Below, one piece after another: positions 56,701-64,000 of a stretch of DNA of 64,000 nt. The position numbers and the translations under genes were made by a program. The stretch comes from Myxococcales bacterium (GTDB taxonomy: Bacteria > Myxococcota > Myxococcia > Myxococcales > UBA5297): assembly GCA_031552145.1 (NCBI GenBank), contig JAVBMV010000010.1:48027-112026 (forward strand). The letters are read 5' to 3'. Below the pieces are notes generated by a model. The model did no database searches, was not told where the DNA came from, and was given only the letters and a program-made list of their open reading frames with translations. Every line of letters begins with the position of its first letter. The stretch's first letter is position 1.

Positions 56701-58241
56701 TGGGCTTCGCGCCGTCGCTCTATCTGCGCAAAGATTGCGACGACGTGGAGGAGGCCTCGCTCCTCGGCTGCAGCGAGGGGAACGTCACCACGCGACAGGC
56801 GACCATCTCGGCGGGAAACCTCGTGCCCGGCGATTATTATCTATGGGTCGACTCGACCGAGCGGGCGCCCGCGGGAAGCTTCCGCCTGGAGCTGACCCTG
56901 GGCGCGCCCATCGCGATCCCCTCGAATGATCGCTGCCCCAACGCCGAGAGCATCGATCTCACCGGACCAGCTCCGGTAGTCATCACCAAGACCGGCGACC
57001 TCACCGCGGCCACCAACGACTCGGTCGGCGCGCGCGAGTGTTCCTATATGCCGAGCGCCGACGTCGTCTACAGCTTCACCATCGCCAACGGCGAGCCGCG
57101 CAGAATAGTCGCCGAGCTGACCATGGACTCGAAGGCGACGCCCCCCGCACTCTATCTGCGCAGCAGCTGCACGGCGGGCCCCAACGACGGGCGCTACGGC
57201 TGCGCCCTCGCGGCACCCGGGGGAAAGGCGCGAATGGTCCATGCGCGGCTCGAGCGCGGCACCTACTTCCTGTGGGTCGACTCGACGGCGCGCCTCGCCT
57301 CGGGGGCCTACACCCTCAAGGTGACCGCCGAGACCCCCGCCGTGAGCGCGGAGCCGGAGCGAGCCTCCTGCGCGGAGAGCGCGATCCCGCCGCTCTCCTT
57401 CATCGGCAACGTCGCGACCGAGACCCACTCCTTCACCCTGGGGGGACGCGAGGACACCACGACCGGCTCCTGCCACAACGCGCGCGGCCCCGAGTTCATC
57501 TACAGGCTCGTGCTGGAGGAGGCGGCCAAGGTGACCATCAACGCGAAGGGCACCCCCACCACCGGCGACGCCCCGCTCCCGGTGGTCTATCTGCGCACGA
57601 GCTGCGCCAGCGAATCGCTGATGGATGAGCGCGGTTGTATCTTCGATACGCGCAGCACCCTGAGTAATCCCGATCTGGTCCTCAAGTCGCTCGTGGGTAC
57701 CTACTATCTCTTCGTCGACTTCGTTCAGCCCGACGCCGCGGGTACCTTCACGCTCACCGTCACCAAGGAGGCGCCGGTGTCGCCAGTCGTGCACAACGAC
57801 ACCTGCGCGACTGCCCAAGAGCTGAAGGCCGACGTTCCCTATTACGGCACCACGGCGGGGGCCAGCGGCGAATATCTCTTCGGCCGCTCCTATCCCGGGC
57901 TCTCCACCTGCGCCACCGTGCCTACGGGCCAACCCGGGCCAGCGTGGCTCACCCAGGGACGCGGCCCCGACGTGGTCTTCAAATACATGGCACCCAACGC
58001 GGCGCCCTTCACGATCGACTACGCGGCCCGCAATAACAGCAACACGCATATGTGGGTGCTGCGCGGCTGCGAGAGCAGCTTCGCCTGCGAGACCTACGTG
58101 TACCGATCCGGCAGCAGCTACCAGGGCTCATACGAGGTCTCCGCGCCCATTCCAGGCCAGACCTATTACATCTTCCTGGACGTGCTCAACGACGTCACGA
58201 ACAACTACGGTCCCTACACCATCGAGGTACGGACCCGATAA
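50730..58241 (+). CDS. Giant Cys-rich surface lipoprotein (~2500 aa) with ~16 tandem PPC-like beta-sandwich repeats
   Basis: Lipobox ISGC, DGG-rich linker, Cys-rich stalk, then repeats NDxC..GxDxVY..LYLR..C..E..C..G.YYL.VD..G.F.L. Confidence 0.88.
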   Translation: MLSPQKFALCLGVLLAISGCGDDNPPSPGDNSDIGVDGGDIGPDADGGLPDADGGLTDGDACVPNCEGKECGDDGCGEPCGTCTEENYYCDYATSSCRCDGEAEGELCALAGAECGKGKVVDRCGAERPFNCGATCAGGDRCGEDNRCHCLPVSHATLCTRDNKNCGPYSALDNCGTPVSIEDCAIGAAACPSEKDCNDNVCTEPRAPTNDECAQASPLVLVGGAAERARLNLAMAGDNASGSCASAHPNMRDAVYELKLEQPSRLHVELSNEQGVEAKNALYILRDCELPQSELGCALSPDNTRPAKLDIAAIGPGTFYLWLDTTGNSSDARWLRNLKVEATPLDGEPPPNDQCGDGVDLAAEELHFTDGVATVEGDTTLAADDLHGCDTSVASGKDLFYRFEVTDEEAPVDLAVRVAPVDGSPIIPGVALLSSCDAQVPFVECAAARVISGQPATANLGYHALGAGTWILAVDTVGARPGSFMLTVTLSPGTLPPANDGCSNPERLTFAPGEGTKRLSGSTVGATSNWSRGICQPGSLIEGPDVVYALTVENPSALLVHVDFPDKTFMGVNEFMPVPFLLRKDLCETEEVFACGRIWGGNNPDRGVNNRAGTLNVPELEPGTWYLVIDAVSETAGRFLLDIDLIPKIVNDNCATAAPLDFSQSNQITIVSTTEWAEKDAAPMLLRDGGCSNNDMLSGKDLVWKFNIEAGQAKNLTVRGMHKVYGIAPWNSPTFFVRKECGVRESEVACLAGTKQEPGTSLAFTANRLTGGATGSTWYLWAEGAELFDGPFQAQLTLSDSTLALNDLCGDAELLVLKDGLYEVKGNTIQGKSDYTASCNVSANGGDLVYRLPITSPSSVTVSVSREDSSMVPLLFARAGCGPAAADLACALGTSREGAASLSIRNVSSDLFLFVASPFRSQEGAFKLTATVSEAGQPPPNDTCDGAFQAPLTLSARTLSVRSGSYETTDAAANYFGTCAPHQTGYGADLLFTVEVPVEGRLTARAERESATPNWQPAIYLRKAPCEAPDAASELSCGTGSSGVALTSAHVLPGLYYVVVDGMDTTPGRFHLDLWVTPQGPVADTCDARVPIAIDADTIGQVRVTGDTSPASDGTRSTILGTAGGRGNGPDVVYSFTLTAPAHLSAKLAFLDTEGEAILYLRRDCAGVRPGDELAASFAPLGGPALLAATLAPDIYYLWIDSTLPLRGAFDLVLETSAPVEQEPQQASCAALGTSPLLHDRGTITIQGSTNGGGNHASASCREAPGAESVYLITLPPGELRSLTAVAKRVGDKESFNPVLYLRTQCASGELENEASCVVGGAGRARLDLLMADAPAYYLFVDNSNSETDSFELTVTLADPIPDTCADAERAPRTFAPDGTLTLRGHFDGARPNSDDDLFCGASAANVSGDVIYKIRTPSFTGERSLVIDLAAENPTLFPTVFVRKRGCEQGEPDESQHWCSMANPGTRLYLNVPIDPDSTFWLRIHSSVEEDRATGDFAAHLALIDRLGNPPAGSCEAPLPVALPTAGGYAHVEGSTATGEMLGHTTCQPSNTGREQVYLLDLQGPATLEIVAKPKEGSRFVGSLELRTSCSSAAPMASCANPPGMAVTGTSTHLKVTTAEGGHHLLWVDGYRAGADGPFTLSLFVKYASTALPDTCAALSPLTLEQNGTTYIGGTLTGATDDYENSCSASGAPELLYTFTLGEARSLSAVLEGSLTLPLTTLSLRTVNCASALPSSELGCSSGTAPHLFFRSLPPAQYWLFAEGSAPGDAGLFDLALTLGDPMPNLPNDRCDGLVVELTPGPDRRASLEIAALEAAHNNLAGACGAMPGPDLVYKLVTPAGMMLRATATPASSTLAPSLYIRTECETSGAGEPCARNERPGTAATLRIERTLETTYYLIVDAVDPWATGGFVLDVSLYPPPAAAGNDRCAAPLPESAVLEFSGSHAHVVDIIDDATPGTSGTCAKMVGPDKVYRFTLGSPSSLEAVIHGVGFAPSLYLRKDCDDVEEASLLGCSEGNVTTRQATISAGNLVPGDYYLWVDSTERAPAGSFRLELTLGAPIAIPSNDRCPNAESIDLTGPAPVVITKTGDLTAATNDSVGARECSYMPSADVVYSFTIANGEPRRIVAELTMDSKATPPALYLRSSCTAGPNDGRYGCALAAPGGKARMVHARLERGTYFLWVDSTARLASGAYTLKVTAETPAVSAEPERASCAESAIPPLSFIGNVATETHSFTLGGREDTTTGSCHNARGPEFIYRLVLEEAAKVTINAKGTPTTGDAPLPVVYLRTSCASESLMDERGCIFDTRSTLSNPDLVLKSLVGTYYLFVDFVQPDAAGTFTLTVTKEAPVSPVVHNDTCATAQELKADVPYYGTTAGASGEYLFGRSYPGLSTCATVPTGQPGPAWLTQGRGPDVVFKYMAPNAAPFTIDYAARNNSNTHMWVLRGCESSFACETYVYRSGSSYQGSYEVSAPIPGQTYYIFLDVLNDVTNNYGPYTIEVRTR

Positions 58242-58337
58242 CCATCGCGTTCAGCAGCGCTCATTTCGGCCCGCCGCGCGCGCGGCGGATCGAAATGTGT
58301 GTGGCGCACGGCGGGTCTCACCCCTATTCCAGGGGCC

Positions 58338-59861
<1,524 letters not shown>

Positions 59862-59870
59862 GGATACATC

Positions 59871-60404
59871 ATGGCAACCATTCAGAAGAGCGTGCGATAC
59901 GAAGCCGCAATCGATGGAGCAGCAAAGGAAGAGCTCGAGCTCCTCGGCGCAGAGGGGGAGCGGTACACCCTCTCGATGCGCGGCAAGCTCCGCTCGGCCG
60001 AGGCGCGGCGCCTTCCCGGCGGAGCACTCCACTTGCTGCTCGACGACGAGAGCTATGAGTTCGAGGTGACCGAGCAGGATGGGAGTTTCGAGCTCTTGCG
60101 CGAAGGTCGCCGCTACCATGTCAATATCGACGACGCTCGGCGCGCGAAGCTAAAGCTCACCACCGCCAGCCACAGCCCCACCGCGCAGGGGCGCCAGCAG
60201 ATCCGCTCACCCATGCCGGGCAGGGTCGTGCGCATCGCCGTCCAGGTGGGCGATACCGTTGAACAAGATCAGGGCGTCGTCGTCGTCGAGGCGATGAAGA
60301 TGGAGAACGAGCTTCGGGCGACGGCGCCCGGCAAAGTGGTCGAGGTCCTGGTGCAGGAGGGCGCAACGGTAGAGGGTGGAAAGACGCTGCTGGTGCTCGA
60401 GTAG
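59871..60404 (+). CDS. Biotin carboxyl carrier protein
   Basis: SPMPG, EAMKMEN. Confidence 0.94.
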   Translation: MATIQKSVRYEAAIDGAAKEELELLGAEGERYTLSMRGKLRSAEARRLPGGALHLLLDDESYEFEVTEQDGSFELLREGRRYHVNIDDARRAKLKLTTASHSPTAQGRQQIRSPMPGRVVRIAVQVGDTVEQDQGVVVVEAMKMENELRATAPGKVVEVLVQEGATVEGGKTLLVLE

Positions 60405-60434
60405 CGGCTACCCTCCCTCCGACGGAACCGACTC

Positions 60435-62078
<1,644 letters not shown>

Positions 62079-62120
62079 CTAGAACTCGGGGGGCGCGGGG
62101 AGCGCCTCGCGGATTGGCGG

Positions 62121-62150
62121 GTTCTAGCAACGCCCCTTCGGTCCGGTCAA
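62121..62150 (-). promoter_or_regulatory. Putative pyrG promoter
   Basis: TTGACC-N18-TAGAAC. Confidence 0.45.
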
Positions 62151-62228
62151 TCGTGCGCTCCCAGACAAGGAGCGGCGCGCGCCGCCATCGTCGGCGGCGC
62201 GCGGATCGCGTATCCTTCGGTGCCCCCT

Positions 62229-64000
62229 CTAGTGCGCACCGCTTCCTACCGGCGGCGTCGGAGGCAGGTAGGTGGTCTCCACCGGGGGGGTACGGTTAGC
62301 CGCCGGGATCGGTACCAAACCTCCCGCTCCCTCGGGGAAGACACGCAGGATTCCCCAGAGCCCTGCCTCGGTGAAGGGGGCGCGGAGATCCTCCAGCAGG
62401 AAGTCGCCCGTCGCGCCGCTCTCTCCCCCAGCGCCATCGGTGAGGATCGCCTCGAAGGAGCTACCGGGGAGCAGGTTCCTGGCGTAGAGCTGCTCCGCCT
62501 TGGGGATGCGGCTCTCCAGCGGGAAGCGGTGCCCCTCCAGGGCAAAGACATGCCCCTGCTCGCCCCAGCCCTGGGCGACGCGGAAGGTGACTCGATCGCC
62601 CACGTTTGCCGTGAAGAGGAGTCGCGGATCGCCGTGGGTATTCGAATCGAAGACCCGGTCCGGATCTTTCTCGGCGTCGCGCCGTTTGAAGCTCTCTGCC
62701 GAGTAGCTGATCCCCGTGAACTTGTCGACCTCGGTGGGGTAGGGCATCTGGTTTTCCCCGATTCGATCGTCCTCGTCCTGCCACAGCGTGACGAACTCGC
62801 GGAAGCTGCCCGTGGCCGTCTGCACCGTCGCCCGAATACCCGAGTCGATGGGCCTGCCGCTCCGCGAGTCGACCCAAGTGGCGTCGGCCGGCTCCACGAT
62901 GAGCGCGCCGAAGGCGCCGCGCGCCGCGCTCTCGGGATCGGCCAAGTTGACGAAGAGCGAGGTGCCCAGCTCGCGATCGGCGTAGAAGCGGAAGAGGCGG
63001 CTGCCGTCGCGCGGCACCGAGCTGTCGGGGTTGAGCCCGATAGCGGCACCGTAGGAGCCTTGGGGATCGAAGGGGAGCTTGCCCATCGTGAGCGCCGCGG
63101 GGTCGTTCAACCTGTTGAAGAGCTGCAGCTCGACGCACTCGCCGACGCGCGCCCTGATCGCCAGCGGCTCCAGCGCCTCCTTCTGCTCGCCGCTTCTGAG
63201 CAGCGAATAGACGAGCCCCCCCGAGTCCTTCTCGTCGTCGCTGTAGCGAATATCCGCTCTATCGATCTGAACGTCATACCGCCGGATCGGTGCGTTGGGC
63301 GGACAGGGGCGCCCGGCGTCGCCAGCGGGCGGCGGCGTCTTGCCGGTAAAGGAGAGCGACGGAAAGCCCGCGCCCGTGCGCGGTGTCCTGCCGGGCAACG
63401 GCCGCAGATCACCTTGGAGCGTGTCGTGGACGCGCAGCAAGCCCCATGCACCCTCCAAGAGGTTGCGCCCCAACCCTTCATAAAAGAGGTAGTCGCCGGG
63501 CTTACCGGCAGGGCCGCCGGCGCCACCGTCGAGCACCAGGTCGAAGCGCTCCGAGATCCCAATAGGCGCCGTATCGGAGAGATCTGCGTCATCGCCGAAG
63601 AGGTTGATGCGGAATCGATGGCCAGTGACGTGGATCGCCGAGACGATGTTGATCACCCCCACCCCGCGCACCACGACCGGGTCGCCCACATAGGCGCGCG
63701 GCACCATCGTGAAGGGATCGCCGTGGAGCACCGAAGAGAAGCGCTGCGAGGGTTCACCGCCACGACGGTCGAGCGGCTCGGCGCGCAGGTTGATGGTTCC
63801 CTTCGAGGGCGCCTCCTCGGCGTCACCTCCGCCGCCCTGATCGGAGATCCCCATGTAGATCTCTCGGAAGGGGCCTCGTTGCCCCGCGCCGACGCTGGCG
63901 TCTGGCGGCGTGTGGATGTCGGCGATGGGGCCGCTGCGCAGCTCGGCACCCGTCTTGGGATCGTGATAGGTCGAGCCCGCCGGCTCGATGATGTGGGTGC
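62229..64000 (-). CDS. Large multicopper-oxidase-like (MnxG-like) protein, 5'-partial
   Basis: Frame is open to the window edge (IIEPAGSTYHDPKTG..FRE); repeated HGDP, GHRF, GDYL..G.WG.LRV, EPLAIRARVGEC, GAFGALIVEP. Confidence 0.75.
   Translation of the reverse strand, partial: THIIEPAGSTYHDPKTGAELRSGPIADIHTPPDASVGAGQRGPFREIYMGISDQGGGGDAEEAPSKGTINLRAEPLDRRGGEPSQRFSSVLHGDPFTMVPRAYVGDPVVVRGVGVINIVSAIHVTGHRFRINLFGDDADLSDTAPIGISERFDLVLDGGAGGPAGKPGDYLFYEGLGRNLLEGAWGLLRVHDTLQGDLRPLPGRTPRTGAGFPSLSFTGKTPPPAGDAGRPCPPNAPIRRYDVQIDRADIRYSDDEKDSGGLVYSLLRSGEQKEALEPLAIRARVGECVELQLFNRLNDPAALTMGKLPFDPQGSYGAAIGLNPDSSVPRDGSRLFRFYADRELGTSLFVNLADPESAARGAFGALIVEPADATWVDSRSGRPIDSGIRATVQTATGSFREFVTLWQDEDDRIGENQMPYPTEVDKFTGISYSAESFKRRDAEKDPDRVFDSNTHGDPRLLFTANVGDRVTFRVAQGWGEQGHVFALEGHRFPLESRIPKAEQLYARNLLPGSSFEAILTDGAGGESGATGDFLLEDLRAPFTEAGLWGILRVFPEGAGGLVPIPAANRTPPVETTYLPPTPPVGSGAH

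Overview
GC-rich bacterial DNA. Gene content points to a Myxococcota/deltaproteobacterial organism (inference from Cys-rich surface repeats, DUF4388 and TPR proteins, a eukaryote-like Ser/Thr kinase and a PP2C). Most of the window is housekeeping: cdd, clpB, rpmE, ligA, aspA, fabG-plsX-rpmF-yceD-phoH, aspartokinase, a GldAFG-like ABC system, rpoZ, groES/groEL, pyrF, pilD, galT, hsp20, epmA, trpS, rimO, biotin carboxylase/BCCP and pyrG. It also holds two large Cys-rich surface proteins and a partial MnxG-like multicopper oxidase. Most notable: (1) a 1.75-kb HipA/XRE toxin-antitoxin cassette with no integrase, bounded by an exact 25-bp direct repeat that is the 3' arm of the groEL terminator; (2) a threonine-synthase-fold protein lacking its PLP-binding motifs, overlapping epmA; (3) a DUF1801-GGQ (ArfB-like) fusion; (4) a ClpB encoded without its N-domain; (5) a shared 16-bp-spacer promoter pattern upstream of clpB, groES and hsp20; (6) a pseudokinase-PP2C fusion; (7) a ~2500-aa lipoprotein with ~16 repeats. 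I saw no rRNA, tRNA, CRISPR array, transposase or integrase. All product calls come from motif recognition, not database searches.
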